Counted from the stretch's first letter, positions 36,550 through 47,226 are shown. The stretch: 64,000 nucleotides of DNA from a bacterium (GCA_035300645.1 DATGVF010000076.1:59-64058); one strand, 5' to 3'. The notes: generated by a model from the sequence alone, not told the origin. Translations and numbers: made by a program.

Positions 36550-37596
36550 ATGCGGGTGGAATCCTCGGTGCGCGCGCCGCGCGATCCTCACGGGATGTTG
36601 CAATTGATCCAGCGCTTCCCCCAGATGTGTGAGGAAGCGTGGGGGCTCCCCGCCGAGCCGGCAGGACGGATCCCCTCGCCCCAAGCCATCGTCGCGTTGG
36701 GGATGGGCGGATCCGGAATCGGGGGCGATCTCCTCCGCGCTGTGCTCTTCGATGAAGCCGTCGGCCCCGTCATCCCCGTCAAGGAATACCGTGCGCCCGC
36801 CTTCGTGGGGCCGCAGACGCTCGTGATCGCTTGCAGTTACTCCGGGGACACCGAGGAAACGCTAGCGGCCTATGACGAGGCGACCAACCGCGGCGCGCCC
36901 TGCGTGGCGATCACCTCCGGCGGGGCGTTGTTGAAGCGCGCGCAGCAGAGGCGGCACCCTGCTGTCGTGGTCCCGCCCGGGCTGCCTCCCCGCGCGGCTC
37001 TCCCGTACTTGTTCCTCCCCATGCTGGCGGTGTTGGCGCGAGCTGGGGCGGTGCGATCCTTTGATGCCGACCTGCGCGAAGCCGTGGATGTGCTGCGGCG
37101 TGTCGTTGCCGACTACACTCCGGACCGCTCCGAGAGCCCCGCGCGGCGGCTCGGGGAGGCGCTGAGCGGGCGCATCCCCGTAGTCTACAGCGGCGTCCCG
37201 TTCCTCGAGCCCGCCGCCGAACGCTGGAAAGACCAATTTAACGAGAATGGCAAGACCGCAGCGGTGTGGAACACCTTTCCCGAGCTCAATCACAATGAGA
37301 CCGTCGGCTGGGGGTTGGATGCCGCGCTGGCCGCAGTGCTGCACGTCATCATTCTCCGGGATGCGGTCGAGGCGGACAGGCTGGCGCGGCGTGTGGCGAT
37401 CACGCGGGAACTCGCGTTCGCGCGGGCGGGAGGGATCGACGAGGTGCGCGCCATCGGGAAAGGGAAGCTGGCGCGATTGCTCTCGACGATCCTGATCGGC
37501 GATTTTGTCAGTTGGTGCGTGGCAGTGCAGCGCGGGGTCGATCCCTATCCGGTCGCCGTGATCGATGAGCTGAAGCGCCGTTTGGCGCAGCCGTGA
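36550..37596 (+). CDS. Bifunctional phosphoglucose/phosphomannose isomerase (SIS domain, archaeal/Thermus-type PGI/PMI)
   Basis: GMGGSGIGGDLL and CSYSGDTEET SIS motifs. ATG 36550 with an AAGGGGAG RBS (ORF open from 36478; ATG 36595 also possible). Confidence 0.7.
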   Translation: MRVESSVRAPRDPHGMLQLIQRFPQMCEEAWGLPAEPAGRIPSPQAIVALGMGGSGIGGDLLRAVLFDEAVGPVIPVKEYRAPAFVGPQTLVIACSYSGDTEETLAAYDEATNRGAPCVAITSGGALLKRAQQRRHPAVVVPPGLPPRAALPYLFLPMLAVLARAGAVRSFDADLREAVDVLRRVVADYTPDRSESPARRLGEALSGRIPVVYSGVPFLEPAAERWKDQFNENGKTAAVWNTFPELNHNETVGWGLDAALAAVLHVIILRDAVEADRLARRVAITRELAFARAGGIDEVRAIGKGKLARLLSTILIGDFVSWCVAVQRGVDPYPVAVIDELKRRLAQP

Positions 37597-37716
37597 CGAT
37601 CGCGCCGTCCCCTGGTGCCAGACGAGCGGGCTGCGACGGATTGGGGGGCCCCGCGGACTCGGATCGAACGCGGTAGAATGAGACCAGCCCCATCAGGTGA
37701 ACAAGGAGGATAGCTC

Positions 37717-38817
37717 GTGGCGAGGGTGCAGCTGCAGGGAGTGACCAAGAAGTTTGGTGCCGTCACTGCCGTGAACGACATCACGCTCGAGATTCCCGAC
37801 AAACAGTTCACGGTGCTCGTGGGGCCCTCGGGGTGCGGGAAGACGACTGCCCTGCGATTAATCGCGGGACTCGAAGAGGCCAGCGGCGGCGACATCTTCA
37901 TCGGAGACCGTCGGGTGAATGACGTTCCCCCGAAGGACCGCGACATCGCGATGGTGTTCCAGAACTACGCGTTGTACCCCCACATGACGGTGTACGACAA
38001 TATGGCGTTCGGCCTGCGCCTACGCAAGTACCCCAAGCCGGAGATCGACCGGCGGGTCAAAGAAGCGGGCGAGATGCTGGGCATCGGCACGCTGCTCGAC
38101 CGCAAGCCCAAGCAGTTGTCCGGCGGACAACGGCAGCGCGTGGCGTTGGGCCGGGCCATTGTCCGGGAGCCGCAGGTCTTCCTGATGGACGAGCCCCTCT
38201 CCAACCTCGATGCCAAGCTCCGCGTCCAGACCCGTGCGGAGATCAAAAAACTCCACGCCCGCCTTCAGACGACCACGATCTACGTGACCCACGACCAGAT
38301 CGAGGCGATGACGATGGGGGACCGCATCGTCGTGATGAACGTCGGTCAGATCCAGCAGGTGGACACGCCCATCAACCTCTACGAGAAACCTGCCAACCTC
38401 TTCGTCGCAGGATTCATCGGCAGCCCGGCTATGAACTTCATCGACGCCACGGTAGCCGACAGCGCGGGGCGGTTGTTTGTCGATGCGGGAAGCTTCCGCG
38501 TGGAAATCCCCCCGAGTTGGGTGCCCACGGCAAAGCCGTGGGTCGGTCGTCGCGTGATCTTTGGGATTCGGCCCGAGGATATTGCCGACCGCGCGTTAAC
38601 AAACGGGGCCTCGCCGTCTGAGACGATCCAGGCTACGGTCGACGTGCACGAGCCTCTGGGATCGGATGTTATCCTCTACCTCACGACAGGCCCCCACTCC
38701 ATCGTGGCGCGCGTGGAGGCGCGGTCGCAGGCGAAGATGGGGCAGAATATCGAGGTCGTGATGGGGATGAGGAAGATGCACCTGTTCAATCCGGACACGC
38801 AGCAGGCCATCATCTAG
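37717..38817 (+). CDS. Sugar ABC transporter ATP-binding protein (MalK/MsiK/UgpC type), orphan
   Basis: Walker A GPSGCGKTT, LSGGQRQRVALGRAIV, C-terminal TOBE-like domain, 366 aa. No adjacent permeases. Confidence 0.85.
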   Translation: MARVQLQGVTKKFGAVTAVNDITLEIPDKQFTVLVGPSGCGKTTALRLIAGLEEASGGDIFIGDRRVNDVPPKDRDIAMVFQNYALYPHMTVYDNMAFGLRLRKYPKPEIDRRVKEAGEMLGIGTLLDRKPKQLSGGQRQRVALGRAIVREPQVFLMDEPLSNLDAKLRVQTRAEIKKLHARLQTTTIYVTHDQIEAMTMGDRIVVMNVGQIQQVDTPINLYEKPANLFVAGFIGSPAMNFIDATVADSAGRLFVDAGSFRVEIPPSWVPTAKPWVGRRVIFGIRPEDIADRALTNGASPSETIQATVDVHEPLGSDVILYLTTGPHSIVARVEARSQAKMGQNIEVVMGMRKMHLFNPDTQQAII

Positions 38818-38825
38818 AAATCCCC

Positions 38826-38853
38826 GGCCCGGCGGGGGCTCCCCCGCGGGCCA
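38826..38853. terminator. GC-rich imperfect hairpin between the convergent malK-like and SPFH genes; putative bidirectional terminator
   Basis: GGCCCGGCGGGGG..CCCCCGCGGGCC with one bulge, located between the two stop codons. Confidence 0.3.
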
Positions 38854-38873
38854 GGTCTGTCGTGGGAGTCGCT

Positions 38874-39752
38874 CTACTTTTGGCCCTCCGCCTCGCGGAC
38901 GAAGTCCGTAATCGGCTGCAGCAGTCTCGTGAATTCCAGCGGGAAGATGAACTTGGTGGACGCGCCCTCGCCCAGCACCTTCAATGCTTCCAGGTACTGG
39001 AGAGTGAGGGTCTTGCTGTCGATGTTCTTGGCCACCGAGAAGATTCTGTCGAGCGCCAGCGAGAAGCCTTCGGCGCGCAGAATCGCGGCCTGACGTTCCC
39101 CTTCAGCGCGCAGGATCGCCGACTGTTTATCTCCTTCCGCGACGGTGATCGTGGCCTGGCGCTTGCCCTCCGCCTCGGTGACCACAGCCCGGCGGGTTCG
39201 CTCGGCGGACATCTGGCGGGTCATCGCCTCCTGCACTTCGCGCGGCGGCAGGATCTCGCGGATCTCCACCGTCGTGACCTTCACGCCCCACCGTTCGGTG
39301 ACCTCGTCGAGTTTCGCCCGCAGCACCTGATTGATTTTCTCGCGCTGGGCCAGCACGTCGTCGAGGCTGATGTCGCCGACGACGGCACGCAGGGTGGTCA
39401 TGGCGATGCCGCGGGCGGCGCCGGCGAAGTCAGTGACCTGAATCACCGTCTGGTCTGGTTCGAAGACCTTGAAGTAAATCAGGAAGTCGATGTTGATCGA
39501 CGCGTTGTCCTTGGTGATACACGTCTGCGACGGGATCTCCAAGAAGAACTCACGCAGATCCACCCACACCGGTTTGTCGACGATGGGAATCAGGAAGACC
39601 AGGCCGGGGCCCTTTTGGCCCTGGGATCGGCCGAGCCGGAAGACGACCAGCCGTTGGTACTCCCGGACGACTTTGATGGCGGAGCTGATGATCGAGAATC
39701 CGACGATCAGAATCGCCGCCACCACTGTCAACAACGTCAGAAACGAGGACAT
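38874..39752 (-). CDS. SPFH/band-7 (stomatin/prohibitin-like) membrane protein
   Basis: N-terminal TM helix plus an SPFH domain, and a C-terminal repeat AEGERQAAILRAEG; strong GAGGAGG RBS. Confidence 0.85.
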   Translation of the reverse strand: MSSFLTLLTVVAAILIVGFSIISSAIKVVREYQRLVVFRLGRSQGQKGPGLVFLIPIVDKPVWVDLREFFLEIPSQTCITKDNASINIDFLIYFKVFEPDQTVIQVTDFAGAARGIAMTTLRAVVGDISLDDVLAQREKINQVLRAKLDEVTERWGVKVTTVEIREILPPREVQEAMTRQMSAERTRRAVVTEAEGKRQATITVAEGDKQSAILRAEGERQAAILRAEGFSLALDRIFSVAKNIDSKTLTLQYLEALKVLGEGASTKFIFPLEFTRLLQPITDFVREAEGQK

Positions 39753-39873
39753 CCCGCTACCTCCTCAGACCTATATCTCGCGATCCGGCTTTCGTACTCT
39801 TCCTGCCTCGCGTAGGGGATTCCTATCCGCGACCCACGCCGCGGGGGCCCCGACACCCTTGAGAGCAGAGCAA

Positions 39874-41259
39874 TCAGTCGCGGACGGCGGTGAGGCGGGG
39901 GGCGAGGGCGGAGAGGTCGATGCGACGCTGCACGAAATTCGTGTACACTTCGCCCCGGCGGAAGAAGGCATTATCCAAGACCATGAGGTGGAACGGGATC
40001 GTCGTGGGGACGCCGCTGATCTCAAACTCCATGAGGGCACGCCGCATACGGGCGATCGCCTCCGGGCGATCGGCGCCCCAGGCGATGACCTTCGCGAGCA
40101 GCGAGTCGTAGTACGGAGGAATGACATAGCCCGCGTACGCGTGGGTATCGACCCGGACCCCTGGACCTCCTGGAGGGACAAAGGCGGTCAGCGTGCCGGG
40201 GGAGGGGCGGAAGTCGTGGTGCGGGTCTTCCGCGTTGATCCGGCATTCGATCGCATGCCCGCTGTAGTGCACATCCCCCTGGTTGATCCCGAGTTTCTCT
40301 TTGGCCGCGACGGCGATCTGCATCTTGACGATGTCCAACCCGGTGATCATTTCGGTGACGGGATGCTCGACCTGGATACGGGTGTTCATCTCCATGAAGT
40401 AAAAACGGCCATCGCGATCCATGAGGAACTCGATCGTTCCGGCCCCCGTGTAGTTGATGGCGTGCGCCGCGCGCACGGCGGATTTGCCTAGCGCCCCGAG
40501 GTACCGCTCCCGCAAACTCGGGGGGGGCGATTCCTCGAGTAGCTTCTGGTGCCGGCGTTGAATTGAGCAATCGCGGGCGCCCAGATACAGGGTGTTTTTG
40601 AAGCCATCCGCCATGATCTGAATCTCAATGTGGCGAGGTTCCTCGACGTATTTCTCGAGATAGACCTCCCCACTCCCAAACGCCGCCTCGGCCTCGGCTT
40701 GGGCGGTCTGGAGCGCCCGGCGCAGATCTTCCCGCGTGTGCACGATGCGCATGCCGTGGCCCCCACCGCCGGCGGCAGCTTTGACGATGAGCGGAAACCC
40801 AATCGTCTTGGACACTTCGATCGCCTCCGCCTCATTGCGCACGGGGCCGTTACTGCCGGGAATGACGGGCACCCCGGCCGCTTTCATGCGCTGGCGAGCC
40901 GCGGCTTTGTTGCCCATGATCGCGATCGCCTCCGGGGTGGGGCCCACGAAGGTGATGTTCACGTCTTGGCAGATTTCGGAGAAGTGCGGGTTTTCCGCAT
41001 GAAAACCGTACCCGGGGTGGATGGCGTCGACGCCGAGGAGTTCGGCCGTGCTCATGATGTTGGGGATGTTGAGGTAGGATTCCGCGGCCGGCGGCGGGCC
41101 GATACAAAACGCCTCGTCTGCCAGACGCACATGCAGCGCGTGGCGGTCGGCCTCCGAATAGACGGCCACGGTGCGAATGCCCAGTTCGCGGCACGCGCGG
41201 ATCACACGCACCGCAATCTCGCCTCGGTTGGCGATCAGAAGCTTGCGAAACATCGGCAT
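39874..41259 (-). CDS. accC: Acetyl-CoA carboxylase biotin carboxylase subunit
   Basis: MFRKLLIANRGEIAVRVIRACRELGI N-terminus, ATP-grasp fold, 461 aa. Confidence 0.9.
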   Translation of the reverse strand: MPMFRKLLIANRGEIAVRVIRACRELGIRTVAVYSEADRHALHVRLADEAFCIGPPPAAESYLNIPNIMSTAELLGVDAIHPGYGFHAENPHFSEICQDVNITFVGPTPEAIAIMGNKAAARQRMKAAGVPVIPGSNGPVRNEAEAIEVSKTIGFPLIVKAAAGGGGHGMRIVHTREDLRRALQTAQAEAEAAFGSGEVYLEKYVEEPRHIEIQIMADGFKNTLYLGARDCSIQRRHQKLLEESPPPSLRERYLGALGKSAVRAAHAINYTGAGTIEFLMDRDGRFYFMEMNTRIQVEHPVTEMITGLDIVKMQIAVAAKEKLGINQGDVHYSGHAIECRINAEDPHHDFRPSPGTLTAFVPPGGPGVRVDTHAYAGYVIPPYYDSLLAKVIAWGADRPEAIARMRRALMEFEISGVPTTIPFHLMVLDNAFFRRGEVYTNFVQRRIDLSALAPRLTAVRD

Positions 41260-41310
41260 GGGTTCGTACGACCGGTCCGTCCGTCGGGGAGAGAGCCCCC
41301 GCGTCCTACC

Positions 41311-41790
41311 TTATGGGGCGGTGGTGTCCACGAGCATGAGCAGCTGCCCGTATTCGACCGGGGAAGCGTTTTCCACCAGAATCTTCGCTACGCGTCCCCG
41401 GACCTCACTTTGGATCTCATTGAAGAGTTTCATTGCCTCGATGACGCACACCGCTTGTCCGGGTTCGACCGCGTCGCCTTCGGCGACGAACGGCGGTGCG
41501 TCGGGCTTGGGCGCGCGGTAAAATGTCCCGACCATCGGGGCGGTGATGGGCACGAGCTGGTCGGTCGGCCCGGTCGTCACCGAGGGCGGGGCGAACGGGA
41601 CTGCTCCAGGGGAGGTGGAGGGGGAAGCAGAGGGGGTCGAGACGACCGCCCGGACTGCGCCCGCGACCTTTCTCACAACAACCTTGAGGGTCTCCGACGC
41701 CACCTCCAACTCTGCGACGTCCGGCGACTCACTGGCAATCTTGATGACAGCCCGGATCTGATCAAGGTCGAGCTTCGGCTCGGTCACCAT
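41311..41790 (-). CDS. accB: Biotin carboxyl carrier protein
   Basis: EAMKLFNEI biotinyl-lysine motif and a Pro/Ala-rich linker; 159 aa. Confidence 0.85.
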   Translation of the reverse strand: MVTEPKLDLDQIRAVIKIASESPDVAELEVASETLKVVVRKVAGAVRAVVSTPSASPSTSPGAVPFAPPSVTTGPTDQLVPITAPMVGTFYRAPKPDAPPFVAEGDAVEPGQAVCVIEAMKLFNEIQSEVRGRVAKILVENASPVEYGQLLMLVDTTAP

Positions 41791-42769
41791 CGCCTCCCGC
41801 GGCCAGGGTCTCGACGACCCGGCCGATGCGGCGGTACTTCGCGTACCGTCGGTCTAGAAGAACTTCGCGGGGCACCTCGCGCAACGCCTTCAGGTGTCGG
41901 CCCAGCCCATCACGCACGACGCGAAAGACCGCCTCGGCATCCCGGTGCGCCCCGCCCAGGGGCTCGGGAAGGACTTCGTCTATAATGCCCAGGTCCTGGA
42001 GGTCGCGGGCGGTCAGCTTGAGGGCGGCGGCCGCATCGCGCCCGCGCGAGGCGTCGTGCCAGAGGATCGCGGCACAGCCTTCGGGAGAGATCACCGTGTA
42101 GACGGCGTACTGCAGCATCAAGACCGCGTCCCCGACCGCGATCGCCAGGGCCCCTCCGCTGCCGCCCTCGCCTGTGATCACCACAAGGATGGGGGATTTT
42201 AAGCGGCTCATCTCTTGGATGTTGCGGGCGATCGCCTCCGCCTGGCCCCGTTCCTCCGCTTCAGCACCCGGGTGAGCGCCAGTGGTGTCGACAAACGAGA
42301 TGACCGGGTAGCCGAATTTCTCGGCCAGCCGCATCGCCCGTAGGGCCTTCCGGTACCCCTCGGGATTGGGCATCCCGAAGTTTCGGGCAACGTTTTCCTT
42401 CGTGTCCTTTCCTCTATTATGGCCCACCACCACGACCGGCTGGCCGTCGAAGCGACCCAACGCGGTCAAGAGGGCGGGGTCGTCCCCGTACAGCCGATCC
42501 CCGTGGATCTCGATGACGTCGGTAAACAGAGACCCCAGAAAATCGACCAAACGGGGTCGCTGGATCTGGCGAGCGAGCTGCACGATGTGCCAGGGCGAGG
42601 GATTGCGGTAGATCTCCTCCCGCAGTTGCGCCGCCCGTTGCTCCAGCGCGGCGATCTCCGTTTCCCGCGACCCGGACTGGTCGCGGGCCCGCACGCGCAC
42701 GATTTCCTCCTCAAGTTCGGCGAGCTGATGATCGAGATCAACAGCCGGGCGCGGGGGGCGTTGCGTCAT
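41762..42769 (-). CDS. accA: Acetyl-CoA carboxylase carboxyltransferase alpha subunit
   Basis: Crotonase-like carboxyltransferase domain with GGSGGALA, 335 aa. Confidence 0.85.
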   Translation of the reverse strand: MTQRPPRPAVDLDHQLAELEEEIVRVRARDQSGSRETEIAALEQRAAQLREEIYRNPSPWHIVQLARQIQRPRLVDFLGSLFTDVIEIHGDRLYGDDPALLTALGRFDGQPVVVVGHNRGKDTKENVARNFGMPNPEGYRKALRAMRLAEKFGYPVISFVDTTGAHPGAEAEERGQAEAIARNIQEMSRLKSPILVVITGEGGSGGALAIAVGDAVLMLQYAVYTVISPEGCAAILWHDASRGRDAAAALKLTARDLQDLGIIDEVLPEPLGGAHRDAEAVFRVVRDGLGRHLKALREVPREVLLDRRYAKYRRIGRVVETLAAGGDGDRAEARP

Positions 42770-43641
42770 GGCTGCGCGGCGGGAGCGGGTTCCTGCGGCG
42801 TTGGCGCAACGCGAGGAGCACCGAAGAAGGCGAGGAGCCGGGCCACGGTGGGGCGCATCTCGACGCGCGAGACGACCATGTCGATTAATCCCCGCTGCAG
42901 GCAGAACTCGGCGGTTTGGAAATCGTCGGGGAGTTTGCGGCGAATCGTCTGCTCAATGACCCGCCGACCCGCGAACCCGATGAGCGCGCCCGGCTCGGCC
43001 AGGATCACATCGCCCAAGAAGGCGAAGCTAGCCGTCACCCCTCCGGTCGTGGGGTCGCACATGACGGAGAGGTAGGGCAATCCGGCCTCGTGGAGCCGGC
43101 CGATCGCGGCACTCGTCTTGGCCAGCTGCATCAGGGAGAGGACACCCTCCTGCATGCGGGCACCGCCGGAGGCGGAAAAGACAACAAGCGGCAAGCGGCT
43201 CTGCACCGCCCGTTCCGCGGCGCGCGTAATTTTCTCTCCGACCGCCGATCCCATCGAGCCACCCATGAAGTTGAAGTCCAACGCGGCGATAACGGTGCGC
43301 CAGCCGTCAATTGTGCCATCGCCCGTGATCACGGCCTCGGCCTGGCCCGTTTTCTCTCGCGCCTCGGCGAGTTTGGCGCCGTACCCCTCGAAGCCCAGCG
43401 GGTCGGTCGAGGTCAGCGATGCATCGTACTCCTCAAACGCATGCTCGTCTAGAGTGATTTCCAAACGCTCCACGGCCGAGAGGCGGTGATGGTAGCCGCA
43501 CTTCGGGCACACCATCAGATTCCGCTCCAGTTCTTTGCGGTAGATGAGGTTGCGGCAGCGCGGGCATTTATCCCAGATGCCGGCCGGCATCTCGCGGCGC
43601 TCCAGCGAACCGTACTTGGGCCGGCGCAACCAGTTCAGCAC
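42766..43641 (-). CDS. accD: Acetyl-CoA carboxylase carboxyltransferase beta subunit
   Basis: N-terminal zinc ribbon CPRCRNLIY...[10 protein letters not shown], 291 aa. Confidence 0.85.
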   Translation of the reverse strand: MLNWLRRPKYGSLERREMPAGIWDKCPRCRNLIYRKELERNLMVCPKCGYHHRLSAVERLEITLDEHAFEEYDASLTSTDPLGFEGYGAKLAEAREKTGQAEAVITGDGTIDGWRTVIAALDFNFMGGSMGSAVGEKITRAAERAVQSRLPLVVFSASGGARMQEGVLSLMQLAKTSAAIGRLHEAGLPYLSVMCDPTTGGVTASFAFLGDVILAEPGALIGFAGRRVIEQTIRRKLPDDFQTAEFCLQRGLIDMVVSRVEMRPTVARLLAFFGAPRVAPTPQEPAPAAQP

Positions 43642-43754
43642 GTCGCACCTGCCGGGAGAAGAGAGGATGACTGCGAAATACGATTATAGCCTACCCGCGT
43701 CGTGCCGAGCAAATCTCGGTTACGCGCCGGCGGACGCGGATCGCACCCGCGCGC

Positions 43755-44042
43755 GTGCAGAAGAGAGAGTCCATCGACCGCTCGCGCATCCAGATGCGAT
43801 GGAAAGTGTACCCATCTGGTCATTCTTTCAGTCGGCGCGCGTCGACGATCCTGACGCAGGGGGATCCATCCCAGAGTGCTTGCGTTCCCGTCTTCAACGT
43901 CGAGTACGTGCTGAACCTGGCGCCGGATGCCTACGCGAAGTCCTACGCCCATGGATTTGTTCCCGATGTCACGCGGAGCTCGCTGGGCGCGCTGACCACG
44001 ACACCGCCACCAGACTCCCTCAAGACGGACGCGCCCAAGTAG
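43755..44042 (+). CDS. Candidate short ORF in a long intergenic region (strong GC3 bias only in the 3' half; start unclear)
   Basis: The 3' ~150 nt show the genome-typical C/G-ending codon bias. No homology recognised; could be a gene remnant. Confidence 0.2.
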   Translation: MQKRESIDRSRIQMRWKVYPSGHSFSRRASTILTQGDPSQSACVPVFNVEYVLNLAPDAYAKSYAHGFVPDVTRSSLGALTTTPPPDSLKTDAPK

Positions 44043-44078
44043 GCATCACGGCACCCAACTGGGCTACCTTCCCCTGCG

Positions 44079-44106
44079 TTGCTGGTGCGCATTCAATTGT
44101 TATAAT
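44079..44106 (+). promoter_or_regulatory. Sigma-70-type promoter: -35 TTGCTG, 16-nt spacer, extended -10 TGTTATAAT
   Basis: TTGCTG 44079-44084 and TATAAT 44101-44106 preceded by TGT. About 130 nt upstream of the htrA ATG. Confidence 0.55.
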
Positions 44107-44235
44107 GAACAGAGCAACTATTCGTTCGCGCAAGGACTCATTGCGATCGGCTTGAAGCAGCCAATATGGCGGGGCAAGACAGTCGATTTGCAACCCACTG
44201 ATCCCACCACATAGGAAGCGGGGCTGAGGCGTTCA

Positions 44236-45366
44236 ATGCGCATGCGTTTGAACACGACGCCGAACAATTTTCTCGTCCTGGTCGTGCTTGCCGCGGTCGT
44301 GGGCGGCACGGTAGGCACCGCCGTTTTGCCGAAGTACGTCGGCGGGGCTTCGCCGACCAACTCGGCCCCCGCGCCTGAGATGCTACCCCCGCAGATTGCT
44401 CAGACGCCACCTCCGCCCCCCACGACGCTCACGCCAGAAGAGCTCACGATCATCCACGTGGTCGAGCGGGTGCGCCCGTCCGTCGTGAACATCGATACGG
44501 TGGCCCAGGTCCAGACGGCGGTCGGGATCTTCCCGCAGAAAGGCGCGGGGTCCGGGGTGATTGTGAGCCCCGATGGCTACATCTTGACCAATAACCACGT
44601 TGTGGAGGGTGCCCAACAGATCAGGGTCACCTTATTGTCGGGCAAATCCTACACGGCACGGCTGGTGGGCGCCGACCCTTTTTCCGACGTCGCGGTCGTC
44701 AAGGTGCAAGCCCCCGATCGCCTCTCCGCCGCGCAGCTGGGGAACTCCGGGGCGCTACGGGTCGGTCAGCTCGCCGTGGCGATCGGAAACCCCTTTGGGT
44801 TAGGGCACACCGTGACGGTCGGCGTCGTGAGCGCGCTGAATCGTAGCATTGAGCGGGAGAGTGCCGCGGGTCCGAATATCGAAAACCTTATTCAAACCAG
44901 CGCCGCAATCAACCCGGGCAACAGCGGCGGAGCGCTGGCCGACAGCGCCGGGTCGATCATCGGTATCAACACCGCGATCATTCCCTACGCCCAGGGCATC
45001 GGCTTCGCGATTCCGATCGATGCGGCGCGCGCGATCATGGATCAATTGATCCGCAACGGGCGCGTCATCCGGCCGTATGTGGGGATCACGTTCGGCGGCG
45101 ACATTGACCCCGGCACCGCCAACCAGTACAACCTCCCGGTCGACCACGGCGTGTTCGTGCGGGAGGTCAGCCCCGGCGGCCCCGCGGCCGCGGGGGGATT
45201 GCAGGCCGGCGATATCATCGTGGCGGTTGACGGCAAACGCATCAGCAATTGGAATGAGTTCATCCGCGAGCTATTCAGCAAGCGCCCGGGAGATCGTGTC
45301 CGCATCGAGTACTTCCGCGAGAGCAAGCGGGGAACGGCGGAGGTTACCCTCGGCCAACGCCCCTAG
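44236..45366 (+). CDS. htrA: HtrA/DegP-family trypsin-like serine protease with a PDZ domain
   Basis: N-terminal TM anchor, TNNHVV, GNSGGAL catalytic-Ser motif, C-terminal PDZ; 376 aa. Confidence 0.85.
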   Translation: MRMRLNTTPNNFLVLVVLAAVVGGTVGTAVLPKYVGGASPTNSAPAPEMLPPQIAQTPPPPPTTLTPEELTIIHVVERVRPSVVNIDTVAQVQTAVGIFPQKGAGSGVIVSPDGYILTNNHVVEGAQQIRVTLLSGKSYTARLVGADPFSDVAVVKVQAPDRLSAAQLGNSGALRVGQLAVAIGNPFGLGHTVTVGVVSALNRSIERESAAGPNIENLIQTSAAINPGNSGGALADSAGSIIGINTAIIPYAQGIGFAIPIDAARAIMDQLIRNGRVIRPYVGITFGGDIDPGTANQYNLPVDHGVFVREVSPGGPAAAGGLQAGDIIVAVDGKRISNWNEFIRELFSKRPGDRVRIEYFRESKRGTAEVTLGQRP

Positions 45367-45483
45367 CAGCCGGTCTGGACGGACACCACGCCCCGGCGGC
45401 CACCGGTGAGTTCGACGCCGCGGGTCCCGCGTTCCCCATCCCGTAGAGAGCCGAGTTCGCACTGACGTGCTGTCCACGCAACG

Positions 45484-47190
45484 ATGTACACATACGAACA
45501 GACCAAACGAGACATCGTAGAAGCCATCCGCCGGGCCGCAGGCGCCGACGTAGATCTCGCCCTGTCCGTCCCCCCCTCAGGGGTCATGGCGGACTTGGCT
45601 CTTCCGTGCTTTCCGCTGGCGAGCCGGCTGCATAAGTCCCCGCACGAAGTCGCTTCTTCTCTCGCGGGGGTCGTGCACCCCGGACCGCGGGTGGACTCGG
45701 TACGCGCTGACGGCGGATATCTTAACTTTACGTTGGCCCGTGCCCCGTTCGCCGCCGGTGTGATGTCCGACCTAGCCCGGTGGAAAGACCGCTACGGTAG
45801 TCACGACGTAGGGGCCGGGCGTGCAGTAGTGATCGACTACTCCTCGCCCAATATCGCCAAACCGATGTCGGTTGGCCACCTGCGCTCCACGGTCATCGGT
45901 GCCGCGTTGCACCGTCTGTATGCCAACATCGGGTATGCGCCGGTGGGCATCAACCACATCGCCGATTGGGGGACGCAGTTCGGCAAGCTATTGTATGCCT
46001 TCACGGTCTGGGTCGATCGTCAAGCGTACGCGGAAGCCCCCCTCCGCGAGTTGCTGCGTCTCTATGTAAAGTTCGAGCAGGAGGCGCAGCGTGATCCGAC
46101 CCTTGAAGAGCGCGGCCGGGAGTGGTCCTTGAAACTCGAGCGCGGTGACCCGCAGGCGCGGGCGCTGTGGCAGGAGTTCGTCCGGCACAGTATGAGTGAG
46201 TTCAACAAGATTTATGATCTCCTCGACGTCCGGTTCGAGCACACACTCGGCGAGAGTTTTTACGCGGATAAAGTCGACGAGGTGATCAACGAGGCGATCC
46301 GACGGGGGGTCGCCGTCGAAGATCAGGGGGCGCTCATCGTGCGGCTGGACGACGTCGGGCTGTCCACGCCCCTGATTCTCCGGCGCAGCGATGGAGCCAC
46401 CCTGTACCACACCCGCGACTTGGCCGCGGCCATTTACCGCATCCAGACGTGGAATCCTGCACAGCTCATCTACGTCGTCGGCGCGGATCAGCGACTGCAC
46501 TTTCGCCAGCTATTCGCGACGCTGCGGAAACTGGGCTACGAGGGATTGTTCGTCCACGTCGACTTCGGACTGATCACGCTTCCGGAAGGGCGGATGAGCA
46601 CGCGCAAAGGCCGGGTTGTGTTTTTGGAAGATGTCTTGGAGGAAGCGATGCTGCGGGCCCGGCGGCTGGTAGACGAAAAGAACCCGGAGCTGTCCGCAGA
46701 CGAACGCGCCGAGGTGGCGCGGATCATCGGGATTGGCGCCGTCAAGTACGCGGATTTGTCTCAGAACCGCGTGAAGAACATTGTCTTTGACTGGGACCGG
46801 ATGCTGTCGCTGGATGGGGATAGCGCCCCGTACCTGCAGTACACGTACGTGCGCGCCCGCAGTATCCTGCGCAAGGGTGGCGAGGTTGCTCCCGAGGGTG
46901 TGTTTGACCCGCGAGCGGCCGCCTCCGCGCCCGAATGGGGGCTCATCGCCCTGCTGGCGCGGTTCCCCGAGATCGTGCTCGAGGCGGCGCAAAGCTACCA
47001 TCCGCATCTCGTGGCCACCTTCCTCCTCTCGCTGGCGCAGGCCTTTCACGGGTTCTACCATGAGGTCCCGGTGCTGCAAGCGGAGGACGCGCCGCTGCGG
47101 CAAAGCCGCCTGCAGCTTGTCGGGGGGGTGGCGTCGGTAATGCGATGTGGGCTCGACTTGCTGGGGATTCGTGTCCCCGAGCGCATGTAA
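45484..47190 (+). CDS. argS: Arginine--tRNA ligase
   Basis: SSPNIAKPMSVGHLRS (class I HIGH region, ArgS type) and a C-terminal DALR anticodon-binding domain; 568 aa. Confidence 0.9.
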   Translation: MYTYEQTKRDIVEAIRRAAGADVDLALSVPPSGVMADLALPCFPLASRLHKSPHEVASSLAGVVHPGPRVDSVRADGGYLNFTLARAPFAAGVMSDLARWKDRYGSHDVGAGRAVVIDYSSPNIAKPMSVGHLRSTVIGAALHRLYANIGYAPVGINHIADWGTQFGKLLYAFTVWVDRQAYAEAPLRELLRLYVKFEQEAQRDPTLEERGREWSLKLERGDPQARALWQEFVRHSMSEFNKIYDLLDVRFEHTLGESFYADKVDEVINEAIRRGVAVEDQGALIVRLDDVGLSTPLILRRSDGATLYHTRDLAAAIYRIQTWNPAQLIYVVGADQRLHFRQLFATLRKLGYEGLFVHVDFGLITLPEGRMSTRKGRVVFLEDVLEEAMLRARRLVDEKNPELSADERAEVARIIGIGAVKYADLSQNRVKNIVFDWDRMLSLDGDSAPYLQYTYVRARSILRKGGEVAPEGVFDPRAAASAPEWGLIALLARFPEIVLEAAQSYHPHLVATFLLSLAQAFHGFYHEVPVLQAEDAPLRQSRLQLVGGVASVMRCGLDLLGIRVPERM

Positions 47191-47220
47191 CGCCGAGGAT
47201 ATGTGGGGCCCAACTAGGGG

Positions 47221-47226
47221 TATAAT
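47221..47226 (+). promoter_or_regulatory. TATAAT -10-like hexamer in the argS-SLH intergenic region
   Basis: Exact TATAAT; weak -35. Followed by a 6-bp hairpin (47247-47264) and the motifs CTAGAC..CCCCGGAC, CCCGGTTTTG, which resemble those near position 65-150. Confidence 0.2.

Noticed and set aside
43544-44155. 203-aa ORF spanning the accD start and the accD-htrA intergenic region
   Set aside because: It begins antisense inside accD and has poor third-position GC bias; no motifs. Only the different-frame 43755-44042 ORF shows coding-like statistics.
45367-45483. T-box leader upstream of argS
   Set aside because: The gap is too short (~117 nt) for a T-box (~250 nt), and no specifier/T-box consensus is visible. 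Only a small GC hairpin (CGCGG-gtc-CCGCG) ~50 nt after the htrA stop was seen.
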